64,000 nt of DNA. Source: Myxococcota bacterium. GTDB taxonomy: Bacteria > Myxococcota_A > UBA796 > UBA2385. The stretch lies in the NCBI GenBank assembly GCA_044344255.1, contig JBIJDH010000003.1, forward strand, positions 448,001 to 512,000, in the 5' to 3' direction. Numbering within the stretch: position 1 is the stretch's first letter; every line of letters starts with the position of its first letter. The notes below the pieces were generated by a model, which had not been told where the DNA came from, made no database searches, and saw only the letters and a program-made list of their open reading frames with translations. This document shows positions 35,614 to 47,262 of this stretch, one piece after another. The position numbers and the translations under genes were made by a program.

Positions 35614-36915
35614 TCACTCGAGGGCGGCGAAGAGCGCCAGCGGCCTCCAGACCCGGTCGGCCCAGGCCAGCTCGTCGTGGGTCGCGCCGGGCTCCCACCA
35701 GTGCCAGAGGTCGACGTCGTAGGTGTAGCCGGCCTCGGCGAGGGTATCGCGGAGCTGCAGGTTCTCGCAGTAGTTGTCCGAGCTGTCGAGGTCGTCGTCG
35801 TCCGTGCCGTCTCCGTCCTCGTCGGCGCAGGTGCTGCCCCCGCCGCCGGAGTCGAGGTAGAGCGCGGTCGAGCGGTGCCCGGCGGCCGCGTAGAGGTCGA
35901 TGATGGTGGGGTTCTCGGCGCCGATCGAGCCCCAGCCCATCGTGCCCGAGAGGCTGATCGCCATGTCGTAGCGGCCCTCGTACTCATGGGCGATGAAGAA
36001 GCTCACGAGCCCGCCGAGCGAGCTGCCCATCGTGCCCGTGACCGTGGCCGGACCGTAGGCCGCCTCCATCGTGGGGCGGACCACCTCTTCGACGAGCTGG
36101 GCGTAGGCCTCGGCGTCTCCGCCATACACATCGCCGTCGAGGAGGTCTTCGGTGTGAGTGTACTCCTCCATGCGGTCGGCGGTGTTGTCGAGGCCCACAA
36201 CGAGGACATTCGGCGGGAGGCTGTCCGAGAGGCGCCAGCCGCCCCAGATGGCCCCAGGGTCGAAGAGGTTCTGCCCGTCGTGGGCGTAGAGGGCGTGGGT
36301 GAACCGTGCGTCTTGTGGGACCCAGACCTGGGCGTCGCGGGGGCGGAGGGCGTAGCCTTCGAGGCTGTACCAGCGCTCGAGGTGGGCGGAGGTGGCGGTC
36401 ACGAGGGAGTGTTCGCCGTTGTCGTCCCAGCCGAAGCGGCGGCCGTGGGGGTCGCTCTTCCACGTGTCGCCGTCGGTGAATTTGTAGAGGCTGCCGTCCG
36501 GATCGGGGATGTCCACCTCGATCCAGGAGAGGTCCCCCGCCAGAGCCATCGGCGCCCCGGCCCAGTCGTCGTGGTCTCCCGCGAGGGACCAGGCCCCGGC
36601 TCCGCAGCGGCAAGCGAAGAGGTAGCCGCCGGTCGCGGTCTCGAGCGGGAGGCCGCTTCGCGAGGCGACGGTGCGGAGGGCCTCGGCGGAGTCGACCTCT
36701 CCGGCGATGGCGGCGCGCAGCAGGGCCTCATCCTCGCCGCGGGGGTCCCCGCTGACCTCCTCCCCGCCGCTGTCGGCGCCGCCCCCATGGCGGCGGGCGG
36801 ACCCGTCTCCCTTGTCGCCCGCGCAGGCGGTCCACGCGGCGGGGAGCGTGAGCAGCAGCGCGACCTGGACGTGAGCGGCCCAGGCGCTGCGTGGGCTGCG
36901 ATCACACCGTGACAC
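35614..36915 (-). CDS. Alpha/beta hydrolase (putative esterase), likely lipoprotein; start uncertain
   Basis: LYAHDGQNLFD, GSSLGG nucleophile elbow, YLDSG, HDELAWADR. Confidence 0.85.
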   Translation of the reverse strand: MSRCDRSPRSAWAAHVQVALLLTLPAAWTACAGDKGDGSARRHGGGADSGGEEVSGDPRGEDEALLRAAIAGEVDSAEALRTVASRSGLPLETATGGYLFACRCGAGAWSLAGDHDDWAGAPMALAGDLSWIEVDIPDPDGSLYKFTDGDTWKSDPHGRRFGWDDNGEHSLVTATSAHLERWYSLEGYALRPRDAQVWVPQDARFTHALYAHDGQNLFDPGAIWGGWRLSDSLPPNVLVVGLDNTADRMEEYTHTEDLLDGDVYGGDAEAYAQLVEEVVRPTMEAAYGPATVTGTMGSSLGGLVSFFIAHEYEGRYDMAISLSGTMGWGSIGAENPTIIDLYAAAGHRSTALYLDSGGGGSTCADEDGDGTDDDDLDSSDNYCENLQLRDTLAEAGYTYDVDLWHWWEPGATHDELAWADRVWRPLALFAALE

Positions 36916-37693
36916 CTTCGCCTCCGTCGACGCGGATGATGTTGCCGGTCATCCAGCGGGTGCCGGGGCGCACCAGGTCGACGAGGCAGGCCGCGACATC
37001 GTCGGGGCGCGTCAGGCGTCCGTGGGGGTTGCGGGCGCGGACCTTCTCGATGAGGGCGGCGTTGCCAGGGATCTTGGCCAGGGCCGGGGTCTCGGTCACG
37101 CCGGCCTCAATCGCGTTGACGGTGACCCCGCGCGGCGCGAGCTCGACGGCGAGCTGGCGGACATACGCCTCAAGCGCCGCCTTCGCTGCGCTGACCGGCC
37201 CGTAGGCCGGCAGCACGAGGCGGCCCCCCGAGCTCGTGAAGGCGAGGATGCGGCCCCCTTCACCGAGGAGCCCCCGCGACAGCAGACCCTGCGCCCAGTA
37301 GACGAAGCTGTGGGCCATGACGTCGAGGGTCATCTCGAGCTGGCGGCGGTTGGCCCCGGGCTCATCGGCCGGCGCGAGCGCCTTGAGGGTGCCGAAGGCC
37401 AGCGAGTGCAGGTAGACCTCGACGCGGCCGCCCTCGGCGTGGAGGAAGGCCTGGAGCTCGTCGAGGACGACCTCGCGGCGGGCGTCATCGGCGGCGTTCT
37501 CGTTCCAGAGCCGCACCGGCTGCCCGTGGGCGGACAGCTCAGCCACGAGGGCGTTGACCGCGGGCAGCGCGGCGCGCCGATCGAGGTGTACGCCAAGGAT
37601 GCCGTAACCAGCCGCCGCCAAGGCCCGGGCGCTCGCGGCGCCCAAGCCCGACGACACGCCGAGGATGAGGGCCCAGCGCGGGCCCCCGCTCAC
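36902..37693 (-). CDS. SDR, enoyl-ACP reductase (FabL/FabI-like)
   Basis: LGVSSGLG, HSLAFG, YGPVSAAKAALE (Y-x6-K), NPHGRLTRPDDVA. Confidence 0.8.
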   Translation of the reverse strand: MSGGPRWALILGVSSGLGAASARALAAAGYGILGVHLDRRAALPAVNALVAELSAHGQPVRLWNENAADDARREVVLDELQAFLHAEGGRVEVYLHSLAFGTLKALAPADEPGANRRQLEMTLDVMAHSFVYWAQGLLSRGLLGEGGRILAFTSSGGRLVLPAYGPVSAAKAALEAYVRQLAVELAPRGVTVNAIEAGVTETPALAKIPGNAALIEKVRARNPHGRLTRPDDVAACLVDLVRPGTRWMTGNIIRVDGGEGVTV

Positions 37694-38619
37694 TTGTGCT
37701 CGGCGGGCGCTGCGGCCGGGGCCGCGGGGGGCGCGCCTCCGGCCGGGGCGGCGCCCGGGGCGGCGCCCGGAGCGGCTCCGGGGGCGTTCGGCGTCACGGT
37801 GGCGCCGGTGGCGCCGGCCTCGACGATCTTGGCCTTCGCCTTGAGCTCGGTGATGTACTCCTGGGCGAGCTCGCTCTTGAGCTTCTCCTTGATGTCGTCC
37901 TTGACCTCGTCGAGCGGGGTGGCGTCGCGCTTGTCGTCCACCTTGAAGACGAGGAAGGCGCCGCCCTGGGGCGCGGCCATCGGGCCCACGATGTCGCCCT
38001 TGGCGGCCTCGGCGAGCTTCTCACCCATGGGGCCGAGGTCTTCCTTCTTCATCCAGGGGAGCTCCCCGCCGGAGCTGGCGCTGCGGGGGTCCTTGCTCTT
38101 CTCGCGGGCGAGCTGGGCGAAGTCGGCGCCGCCCTTGAGTGCGGTCACGAGCTCGTTGGCCACGGCCTCGCTCTCGGCCACGATCAGCCGGGGCTTGAGC
38201 TGCGGGCGGGCGTATTGCACCTTGTGGTCGTCATAGTACTTCTGGATGCGGGCGTCGTTGCTCCGCTCCTCGATGACCTTGTCGAGCAGCGCGTCGGCGA
38301 GGGCGTTGCGCTCGGCCAAGGCGAGCTGGAGCTTGATCTTCGGATCGTCCTGCATCTTCTGGGTGAGGGCCTGACGGTAGAGGACCTCGCCGACGATCAG
38401 CTGCTCCTTGAGCTGACCGACCTGACCCGACTGCTCGAGCTGCTTGCGCATCTGGGGCGGGATCTGGGTGAGGGTGACGTCGAGCATCTCCTGCGTGATC
38501 GCGTTGCCGTCGACCGTCACCACCGAGGTGCCAGCGGCGGTGATGGCCCCGGGGACCGGCGGAGGGGGCGGCTCGCAGGCGAGGGCGAAGACGAGGGAGA
38601 GGCTGAGCAGGCGGTTCAT
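37690..38619 (-). CDS. PpiC/parvulin-type peptidyl-prolyl isomerase lipoprotein (PrsA/SurA-like)
   Basis: Lipobox ALAC; GADFAQLAREKSKD..S..SGGELPW; Ala/Pro-rich tail. Confidence 0.88.
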   Translation of the reverse strand: MNRLLSLSLVFALACEPPPPPVPGAITAAGTSVVTVDGNAITQEMLDVTLTQIPPQMRKQLEQSGQVGQLKEQLIVGEVLYRQALTQKMQDDPKIKLQLALAERNALADALLDKVIEERSNDARIQKYYDDHKVQYARPQLKPRLIVAESEAVANELVTALKGGADFAQLAREKSKDPRSASSGGELPWMKKEDLGPMGEKLAEAAKGDIVGPMAAPQGGAFLVFKVDDKRDATPLDEVKDDIKEKLKSELAQEYITELKAKAKIVEAGATGATVTPNAPGAAPGAAPGAAPAGGAPPAAPAAAPAEHK

Positions 38620-38783
38620 CGGAGTCCTCGAAAGGCAGGCGCGAAGAGGAGGCAGTGTGGTTGCGAGCGCGGCCCCTATCGCCGTGCGCCGTCCGATGGC
38701 AACACGGCGCGTTTACGGGGAGCCAAACGGGCCGGGGCGTGTGCGTGTGCGGACCACCGGGCCCGGGAGCCGTAGGCGGGGTT

Positions 38784-39674
38784 ATGGCGGCGTCCATGCG
38801 CACCCTGGACTTCCGCGACCATCGGCGCGAGCTCGACCAGAACCGCTACGTCTATGCGGTGGTCTCCCGGCGGAGCCGCGGCCTCTCGATCGGGATCAAC
38901 CTGAACCCGGACAAGGTCTGCAACTTCGACTGCCCGTATTGCCAGGTGGACCGCCGAACTGCGGGCGGGCCGCGCGAGGTCGAGCTGCCGCGCCTCGAGG
39001 CCGAGCTCAACCACCTGCTGCACCTCGTCGGAAGCGGCCAGCTCTGGGAGCTCTCGCCCTTCAACACCGCCGCGCCGGCCCTCCGTCGGGTCAATGACAT
39101 CGCCTTCGCCGGCGACGGCGAGCCCACGAGCGCGACCGTGTTCCCCGAGGCGGTGTCTTTGGTCGGCGCCCTCCGGCGCGCCCACGGGCTCGAATCGGTG
39201 CGGGTGCACCTGCTCACCAACGCGACCCTGCTCCACCGTCCACGGGTGCGGGAGGGGCTGCGGGTGCTGGACGAGATCGGCGGTCAAATCTGGGCCAAGC
39301 TGGACGCCGGCACCGAGGCCTGGTTCCAGCGGGTGGATGGGACGAAGCTCCCCTTCTCCCGCGTGCTCCAGAACCTGCTCGAGGCCGGTCGGGCGCGTCC
39401 GATCGTCCTTCAATGCCTGTTCCCGACGTGGGAGGGGGAGGGGCCCGACGAGGCTGAGGTGGACGCCTGGCAGGCGCGCATCGCCGAGCTCTTGTCGGGC
39501 GGGGCGCGCGTCCTTGAGGTACAGGTTTACTCCGTCGCGCGAGCGCCCGCTGATGGGCGTATCGGTGTGCTCCCGGCCTCTCGCCTGGAAGCCATCGCCG
39601 CCCGCGCCCGCGCCCTCGGGCTTCACACGGTGGTCTACCCCGGTGTCGAGCCCGCTCAGGAGGCCCCTCCGTGA
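38784..39674 (+). CDS. Radical SAM protein (uncharacterised Fe-S oxidoreductase family)
   Basis: VSRRSRGLSIGINL..KVCNFDCPYCQV, FAGDGEPT, LTNAT, KLDAG. Confidence 0.88.
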   Translation: MAASMRTLDFRDHRRELDQNRYVYAVVSRRSRGLSIGINLNPDKVCNFDCPYCQVDRRTAGGPREVELPRLEAELNHLLHLVGSGQLWELSPFNTAAPALRRVNDIAFAGDGEPTSATVFPEAVSLVGALRRAHGLESVRVHLLTNATLLHRPRVREGLRVLDEIGGQIWAKLDAGTEAWFQRVDGTKLPFSRVLQNLLEAGRARPIVLQCLFPTWEGEGPDEAEVDAWQARIAELLSGGARVLEVQVYSVARAPADGRIGVLPASRLEAIAARARALGLHTVVYPGVEPAQEAPP

Positions 39675-42646
39675 AGCCTTCCCTTCGACTGTTCGCGCTC
39701 ACCCTCCTCACGCTCGGCGCCGTCGCCGCGGAGGCCGCCCCCGATGCGCCGCCCGGTGCGGGAGCTGGCTTCGATCCCGACGCGAAGGGGCCGCCCGAGG
39801 AGGACTTCGGCAACCTCGGCGCCCAGCCGCTCGGCACGGACGCGCTCCTCGCCCTGCAGGAGCGCTGGAAGGCCGCGGGCAAGCTCACCCTCTCCCAGCA
39901 GTCCTACTGGGCCGACGAGACCGTGATCGAGGACGGTGTGTGTCGGGCCAACCTGAAGAAGGGCATCCTGATCCCGATCCTCTCCGGAGGCCAAGGCGTC
40001 CCGGAGCGGAAGGTGGGGGTGGTCTTCGTCGGCAACGGGGAGATGGCGCTGCGCTTCCCCAAGCGGGCGAGCGCGCTCACCTTCGCCAACCACATGGTGC
40101 TCAAGGCCGGGAAGGACCGGCAGGAGCTCGCGCCCGTCGCTCATCAGGAGCGCCCCTTCACCGACTCCATCACCCGCGCGGTGATCTTCTCGGCGGACCC
40201 CGTCGTGGAGGGCCTGCTCGCCAAGCTCGACCCGGTCGGGGGCGGCATGGTCGAGCGTGCCCGCGCCGACGGGGTGGACGCCGAGTATGTCGTGACGAGC
40301 GATCGGGGCGAGCTTAAGGCCCGGGCGATCGCGCGGGATCTGCTCCCGGAGCGGCGGCTGGAGCTCTTCAAGGGCGGCCTCGACCCCATCGAGATCCTCC
40401 GCTTTGACCGGATGCTCCACGAGGAGCTCGGGACACCTGGCTCCAAGCTCCGGATGATCGCCGACTTCCGCACCGAGACCCGCTTCCACGTGGCCACGGG
40501 CGCCTATGACAGCCTGGGCTCGAAGGAGCACGACAAGTGGCTGACCTGCTACCGCGATGGCACGGACCACCGGGACACCGGGCTCGCGTCGGTCGCCTTC
40601 GCGCACGGCACGGACTCCCTCGACCAGCAGCACCTCGTGCAGTTCAGCGGGCTCGAGTTCCCGCCCGAGGCCCCTGGCCTGGCGCCGATGGCCCAGTCCC
40701 GCATCGAGGCCGTGCGGGCCGAGGTCACCGCGGAGGTCACCCCCACCCGCAGCATGGCGGAGGTGAAGGTCAAGGTCACCTCGAAGCTCGTGCTGCGCGC
40801 CCGCGAGGAGAACGTGCGCAGCGTGGTGATGCGCCTGCCGCGCCACGAGGCGGTGGAGAAGAGCTGGCAGCTCGACAAGCTGGCCGTGGTGAGCGGGGCC
40901 CCCCTCGGCTGGCTGGAGATCGACTCCGGGCTGCCCGCGGAGGTGGACGCGCGGCCGCCCAACAAGCCCGCCGCTCCTGCGGGCAGCGGCGGCGGCGCCG
41001 CGTCCGGCGGCTCCGAGGGGGCCTCTGCCGGAGCCACCTCGGTGGCGGGCAGCTCGGAGATCAGCGCCTCGAGCGGCGCCCTCGACCACATCATCAACCC
41101 GGAGGTCGCGCGGGTCACCAGCCGGCTCATCGAGCAGCGGATGGAGCGCCGCCAGGAGGTGCTGGTCGTCCTCCCCACCCCGCTCAAGTACGGCGAAGAG
41201 GTGGAGATCGAGCTCAACTGGCAGGCGCGCTGGCCCTTCGCGCGCTGGTCGACGGTGGAGAGCGCGCAGGGGGAGCGGTTCCAGTCCAACGGCGCCAGCA
41301 CCGGCCTGCGCAGCCTGCTCCCCGAGCTCCTCCCCACGCTGGGCGGTACGCCCTGGGACGTCAAGGCCACCATCGGGGTGCCGCCGCGCCGCGTCGACGT
41401 CGCGATCACCGGCGAGACGATGAAGGAGTGGGTGGACGAGGGTGGCTGGAACTGGACCAGCACCCAGGCCGAGCACGTTCGGCGCCCGGCGGTGGCGCTG
41501 GGGCGCTGGCAGAGCAAGGCCGACCCGAGCGTCCCCTCGGCCGGGCTCCCTGCGGTGCGGGCGCACCTCTTCGGCAGCTCGGCCGCCTCCCTCGACCAGT
41601 TCGGCCCGGAGGTGCGCCGGGTCCTGACCTTCCTCCGACGCTTCCTCCCCTTGCCCTCGGGCGCGGAGATCGACGTCTTCCAGGGGCCGAGCAACTTCGT
41701 CGACGAGGCCTTCGCCGCTGCGCATGAGCAGACCGCGGCGGGCATGGTCGGCATCCAGACGATCACGGTCGCAGGGGTCGTCGACGCCGGGAACGCGCAG
41801 GCCGCCACCAAGCACATCACCCAGACCCAGATCGCCCGGCAGGTGGCGGGGCAGGTCTGGGGCCAGACGGTGGCGCCGGCGAGCGAGCGAGACGCCTGGT
41901 TCGTGGCCGCCCTCTCGGACGCCTACTCCGCCTTCTACGTGCGGGCCGCGCTCAAGGAGGAGGGCTTCAACGACTTCGAGGGGCGGGTCGAGCACGTTCG
42001 GAAGGAGCTCGAGAACCCGACCGATCGAAACGTGCTGATGAAGAACGACCAGCGGCAGTTCATCTCGCTCACCGACGGGGGCTCGCTCTTCGCCGACCAG
42101 CCCCGGCTCTTCGATGATTACGCCTTCTTTCTCTTCAGCCGCGTGCTGCGGGAGCGGCTCGGCGACTACGCCTACTTCCGCGCCCTCGACCGGTTCGCCC
42201 GTCAGTACACCGGGCAGCGGGTGACGACCGAGCAGCTCCTGGCCTCGCTCGAGGCCCACACCGGGGCCGATCTCCAGGACTTCTTCGACTTCTGGGTCTA
42301 CGGCGGCTTCATCCCCGCGGTGACGGTCGAGTACCGGGTGGAGGACACCCAGAACGCGACCGGCCGGATCGTCTACGGCTGCGTGGTCGCCGACGTCCCC
42401 TTCGGTCGCTTCGACGTGCCGGTCGCGGTGCTCGACCAGGGTGGGGCGCGTCGTGTGGCGGCCCTCGTCGAGGTGGAAGACGGCCGGGGCGGCTTCAGCC
42501 TGATCGAGCGGTCGGGGGACATCGAGGTGCAGGTCGATCCGCAGCAGCAGATCCTGTCGTACTCCCGAAAGGTCGACCGGGTGAAGCAGACCACCTGTGA
42601 GCGGGAGGCCGCAGCGCAGAAGGCCCCCGGGCCGAAGTCGCCCTAA
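39671..42646 (+). CDS. Secreted M1 aminopeptidase-like protein lacking the zinc-binding motif
   Basis: Signal peptide; [14 protein letters not shown]...DAWFVAALS where HExxH-x18-E is expected; M1-type tail [12 protein letters not shown]...[12 protein letters not shown]. Confidence 0.7.
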   Translation: MKPSLRLFALTLLTLGAVAAEAAPDAPPGAGAGFDPDAKGPPEEDFGNLGAQPLGTDALLALQERWKAAGKLTLSQQSYWADETVIEDGVCRANLKKGILIPILSGGQGVPERKVGVVFVGNGEMALRFPKRASALTFANHMVLKAGKDRQELAPVAHQERPFTDSITRAVIFSADPVVEGLLAKLDPVGGGMVERARADGVDAEYVVTSDRGELKARAIARDLLPERRLELFKGGLDPIEILRFDRMLHEELGTPGSKLRMIADFRTETRFHVATGAYDSLGSKEHDKWLTCYRDGTDHRDTGLASVAFAHGTDSLDQQHLVQFSGLEFPPEAPGLAPMAQSRIEAVRAEVTAEVTPTRSMAEVKVKVTSKLVLRAREENVRSVVMRLPRHEAVEKSWQLDKLAVVSGAPLGWLEIDSGLPAEVDARPPNKPAAPAGSGGGAASGGSEGASAGATSVAGSSEISASSGALDHIINPEVARVTSRLIEQRMERRQEVLVVLPTPLKYGEEVEIELNWQARWPFARWSTVESAQGERFQSNGASTGLRSLLPELLPTLGGTPWDVKATIGVPPRRVDVAITGETMKEWVDEGGWNWTSTQAEHVRRPAVALGRWQSKADPSVPSAGLPAVRAHLFGSSAASLDQFGPEVRRVLTFLRRFLPLPSGAEIDVFQGPSNFVDEAFAAAHEQTAAGMVGIQTITVAGVVDAGNAQAATKHITQTQIARQVAGQVWGQTVAPASERDAWFVAALSDAYSAFYVRAALKEEGFNDFEGRVEHVRKELENPTDRNVLMKNDQRQFISLTDGGSLFADQPRLFDDYAFFLFSRVLRERLGDYAYFRALDRFARQYTGQRVTTEQLLASLEAHTGADLQDFFDFWVYGGFIPAVTVEYRVEDTQNATGRIVYGCVVADVPFGRFDVPVAVLDQGGARRVAALVEVEDGRGGFSLIERSGDIEVQVDPQQQILSYSRKVDRVKQTTCEREAAAQKAPGPKSP

Positions 42647-42693
42647 AGCGGAGCGGAGCGGGGCCCGTGGTATCTTCAGGGCAGGAGGTGCAC

Positions 42694-43428
<735 letters not shown>

Positions 43429-43530
43429 GCAGCCCGCCCGTGGTGCCGGGTCGGGCGGCCGCGTGCGTGGGCGGCGAAGAGGGGCTCGGGTGTCTTCGTC
43501 TCCGGTGAGGCCCCGCCCGCTGAACCGCTG

Positions 43531-44631
43531 ATGGAGACCCCTGGCGCCATGTCGGAACGCCCCCCGCTCCTCCTGATCCTCAAGCGCCTCTCCGAGCCGG
43601 TGGGCTCGATGTTGGCCTACTGGATCCTCTTCCTGCTGCTCACGAGCTGGCCCACGGAGGAGACCGAGGACTTCACCGCCTCCGAGGCGAGGGGCGGCTA
43701 CCAGGAGGGGGGGCTCCCGGGCGGGGAGGCGAGCGAAGGGGAGGTCGTGATCGGCCTCGCGCCTGCCTTCGAGGAGCCCGCGCCGGAGGAGCCCGCGCCG
43801 GTGGAGCCGCCGGCCCTCCCCCCCGAGGTGGTGGTGGCGCCGCCGCCCGTGCCCGCCGCACCTGTGCCCCCGACCCCGCCCGCGGTCGAGGCCGCCGCCG
43901 AAGCGCCGCCTGAGCTGCCCCCGGTCGAGGCGCCCCCGGAGACGGCGCTGGAGCCTCCGGCCATGGCGGAGCTGGAGAACGGCCCGCCAGACCCCTTCGC
44001 CGAGCTGCCGGTGGTCTTCGATCCGGAGGCCGCGCCCCCCGCCGAGCAGGGCGAGCACGCGCTCAGCGAGGAGGAGGCGGCGGCCGCCGACGCCGCCCTC
44101 GAGGCCGAAGCGGCAGATGCGCTCGGCGAGCCCTCCGTCGAGACCGACGCCGCGCCGCTGCAGATCCGCTACGGGCGGCCCACCACGGCGAGCCGCACGG
44201 TGGGCGTGGTCCGAAAGCAGGCCGCCGCCGAGCGTATCGCCAAGCGGGCCTCGAAGAAGCCCCAGCAGGACTGCCTCCCCGACGACCCGCGCATCACCGA
44301 GGTGGGGAAGGACGACTACGAGCTCTCCCACGAGCTGGTCGAGTACTACACGAGCCACATGAACCAGGCGATGAAGCTCGCCGCCACCTACTGGCACAAG
44401 GACGCCGAGGGCAAGATCGACGGCTTCACCGTTCGGCGGATGCGCTGCGGCAGCACGCTGCACCAGCTCGGCTTCCGCAACGGCGACGTCATCCAGGCCA
44501 TCAACGGCAAGAAGATCCAGTCGATCTCGAGCGCGCTGGCCGCCTTCCGCCGCACGAAGCGGAAGGAGGTCATTCGGGTGGACATCTCCCGTAAGGGGGA
44601 GCCGATCCGTCTCCGCTACCGCATCACCTGA
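43531..44631 (+). CDS. TM + Pro/Glu-rich linker + C-terminal PDZ domain (GspC-like C-terminus)
   Basis: GKIDGFTVRRM..GSTLHQLGFRNGDVIQAING...SRKGEP..LRYRI. Confidence 0.7.
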   Translation: METPGAMSERPPLLLILKRLSEPVGSMLAYWILFLLLTSWPTEETEDFTASEARGGYQEGGLPGGEASEGEVVIGLAPAFEEPAPEEPAPVEPPALPPEVVVAPPPVPAAPVPPTPPAVEAAAEAPPELPPVEAPPETALEPPAMAELENGPPDPFAELPVVFDPEAAPPAEQGEHALSEEEAAAADAALEAEAADALGEPSVETDAAPLQIRYGRPTTASRTVGVVRKQAAAERIAKRASKKPQQDCLPDDPRITEVGKDDYELSHELVEYYTSHMNQAMKLAATYWHKDAEGKIDGFTVRRMRCGSTLHQLGFRNGDVIQAINGKKIQSISSALAAFRRTKRKEVIRVDISRKGEPIRLRYRIT

Positions 44632-44643
44632 GGGCTCCGCCGC

Positions 44644-47262
44644 TCACGCGCCCGCTCGGCGGAGGGATCGGCGAAGCCAGGCGTCCAAGGGCAGGACCAG
44701 CGCGGCGAGGGCGGCGAGCCAGGGCCACAGCGCGGTGGTGTCTCGGTGCGGCGGCGCGGTGCCCGGCCGGGGCAGGCGCGCCAGCAGCGCCTCGTTGCGC
44801 TCGTCGTGGAGCCCCTCCTCGGCGGGGGCCGTGGTGAGGGTGCGGGCGGCGAGCCGCAGCCCCGCGAGGTCCTGGATCTCGACTTCGACCGCCGTGTTGG
44901 GAGGGGCGGTGAGTCGCCCCGACCAGAGGCCCGGCTCGACCTGGGTGAGGCGCGCGGGCGCTCCGTCGGCCACGCGGGCCTGTGCGCCGTCGAGGGGCAG
45001 GCTGCGCCCCTCGTGGTCCCGCAGTTCGAGCTCGACCTCTAGCTGGTCCCCCGCCGGGCGGGCGCGGAGGAGCTCCGCGTGGGTGCTGCGGCGGGCGGCG
45101 AAGTGGCGGGCCATCTGCACCCAGAGCCGCGGGTAGCCCGACCAGCGCAGCCAGGGAGCCCCCCAGCGGGCGCCCGCGTCGGCGGAGAGGGCGACGACCT
45201 CCCCTTGGCCCACCGACCAGCTCGACAGGATCGGGGCCCCCGCCGGCGTGGCGAGCAGCAGGCGGGCCCGGGGGCGGGCCTTGACCTTGTTTCGACCGAG
45301 CAGAGCCGGCGCCGCGCCGAGCTCGAGCCCCCGCAAGGCCGGGTGCCAGCCGCGGGAGACCACGGGGAAGGGCGCCTCTTCGAGGTTGGCCTTCAGCAGG
45401 CGCTCGGTCTCGGTGATGAAGAGGGTGCGGATGCCGCCGATGTCGCGGGAGAGCTCGAAGCGACCGCCGCCGTCTCGGGCCAGCGAGCGGAGGAACTCGG
45501 CGTCCTTGTCCGCGGCGTCGCCGGCGCCGATCACGGAGAGCGAGATCCCCTCCTGGCCGAGCTGGAGGGCGATGTTGTTCGCGGTGAGCCGGCCCTCTGT
45601 GGTGCTGATGGTCGAGGTCTCGTCGCCGGCGTCGGCGGCGTCGGCGAAGAGGATGACGTGGCGGATGGGCGCGGCGGAGAGGCGGAGCGCGTCTCGGGCA
45701 GCCACGAGGGCCTGAACGGCGAAGATCCCGCCGCCGCCAGCCGTGATCGAGCGGATTCGTTTCAACAGAGGCCGCCGGGGCTCGGTGGACTGCATCGGCA
45801 CCGCCCAATGGGCCTCGCTGTCCACCGCCACGAGGCCGACGGTGTCGAAGGGCCGCAGCTTCTCGACGGCGGCGGCGGCGGCCTCGAGCACGAGCTCCAT
45901 CTTGGATCCCGCAGGGCGGCCGCCGACCATCATGTTCATGACCCCGGCGCTGACGTCGAGGGCGCCCTGGACGGCAGGGCGGGCCATCGAGCCCGACTTG
46001 TCGAGGATGAGGACCAGGGCGACGGCGGGCTCGCGCACCTTGCCCGCCGGCTCGGACTCCACCGGCAGCAGGCTGCTGAGGCGGGAGCTGCTGTAGTCGC
46101 CGTGATCGTAGGCGTGCTCCCCGCCGAGGACGACGAGGCCACCGCCGCTGCGCACGAATGCCTCGATCACGGGCAGGGCCGACGCAGGCAGGGCGGGGAC
46201 CGTGGAGGCGCCGGTGGGGACGTCGGCGAGCGCGATGGCGTCGGTCTCTTGGAGGAGGGCCTCGAGATCACGGGGGAGCCGGTCGGGGCGGAGGACGGTC
46301 ACCCGGATGCCGTCGGCCTCCCACGCGGCGGTGAGGGGGCGGGTGTCGCGGGCGTCGTGGCCGAGGAGCAGGATCGAGGGTGGGCGGCTGATCTCCACCC
46401 CGACCGCGACCGCGCGCTCCGGCCCGCCCGTGGCCTCGGGGCTCATCGAGGGGGTGCGCGGCCCGCCGAGGTGCACGTCCAGGCGCAGGAAGCCCGGGGC
46501 CAGCTCGGTGGGGAGCGAGACGTTGAGCGGCAGCGATCGGATCGTGTCGTCGAGCGTGACCGGCGTGTCGGAGAGCACGACGCCCCCGGCCTCCACGGTG
46601 AGCCTGCCCGAGTAGGGGCCGCGCAGGCTGATCTGGAGGGGGAGCGTGGCGCCGGGGGCGAAGGGGCCCTCGGTCGGCTCGACCCGGAGGACGCGGGGGC
46701 CGCTCGACCGAGGGGTGAGGGGCTCCACGGACAGGCCTACCCCGCGGGCGTCGAGGCCTGCGAGGGCGGCCTCGACGGCGCCTGAGGTGTCCTGACCGTC
46801 GGTCCAGAGGCGGATCTGCCCCGGCCGGTCGGCGGGGATCAGGCGGAGGGCATACTCCAGGGCGGCGCCGAGGTCGGTCGAGGCGGCGTCTCCGGCCGGG
46901 GCGTCGGGCGGCGCGTCCTCCACGCGGGCGGAAGCGGTGGGGGTGGCGCCGAAGGTGATCAGGCTGGCGCGTTGACCCTCGGGCAGGGCGGCGGCCTCGG
47001 CCCGGGCCGCGTCCAGGGCGGCGGCGACGCTGGCCTCGGGGATCGAGGCCGAGCGGTCGATGACGAAGATCGTGGCCTCTTCGGCGTCTTCGAGGCGGAG
47101 CCGGGGATCGGCCAGGGCGAGGCTGAGCAGGCCGAGGGCCGCGAGGCGGCTCCACACAGCGCCTCGGGGGCCGAGCCGACGCCGCTCGAGCCAAGCGAGG
47201 ATCAAGGCGGGGGCGAGCAGTCCCAGCCAGAGGGGCGCCGAGAGCTGAAGCGGGAGGTTCAC
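44644..47262 (-). CDS. Membrane-anchored double-vWA protein with GATase-like (DUF1355-type) domain
   Basis: DRSAS and DKSGS MIDAS motifs, FVRSGGGLVVLGG, LSSLLPV, N- and C-terminal TMs. GTG start at 47262. Confidence 0.8.
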   Translation of the reverse strand: MNLPLQLSAPLWLGLLAPALILAWLERRRLGPRGAVWSRLAALGLLSLALADPRLRLEDAEEATIFVIDRSASIPEASVAAALDAARAEAAALPEGQRASLITFGATPTASARVEDAPPDAPAGDAASTDLGAALEYALRLIPADRPGQIRLWTDGQDTSGAVEAALAGLDARGVGLSVEPLTPRSSGPRVLRVEPTEGPFAPGATLPLQISLRGPYSGRLTVEAGGVVLSDTPVTLDDTIRSLPLNVSLPTELAPGFLRLDVHLGGPRTPSMSPEATGGPERAVAVGVEISRPPSILLLGHDARDTRPLTAAWEADGIRVTVLRPDRLPRDLEALLQETDAIALADVPTGASTVPALPASALPVIEAFVRSGGGLVVLGGEHAYDHGDYSSSRLSSLLPVESEPAGKVREPAVALVLILDKSGSMARPAVQGALDVSAGVMNMMVGGRPAGSKMELVLEAAAAAVEKLRPFDTVGLVAVDSEAHWAVPMQSTEPRRPLLKRIRSITAGGGGIFAVQALVAARDALRLSAAPIRHVILFADAADAGDETSTISTTEGRLTANNIALQLGQEGISLSVIGAGDAADKDAEFLRSLARDGGGRFELSRDIGGIRTLFITETERLLKANLEEAPFPVVSRGWHPALRGLELGAAPALLGRNKVKARPRARLLLATPAGAPILSSWSVGQGEVVALSADAGARWGAPWLRWSGYPRLWVQMARHFAARRSTHAELLRARPAGDQLEVELELRDHEGRSLPLDGAQARVADGAPARLTQVEPGLWSGRLTAPPNTAVEVEIQDLAGLRLAARTLTTAPAEEGLHDERNEALLARLPRPGTAPPHRDTTALWPWLAALAALVLPLDAWLRRSLRRAGA

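Noticed and set aside
37700..37790. GAAP repeats in the PPIase tail
   Set aside because: Ordinary low-complexity disordered tail.
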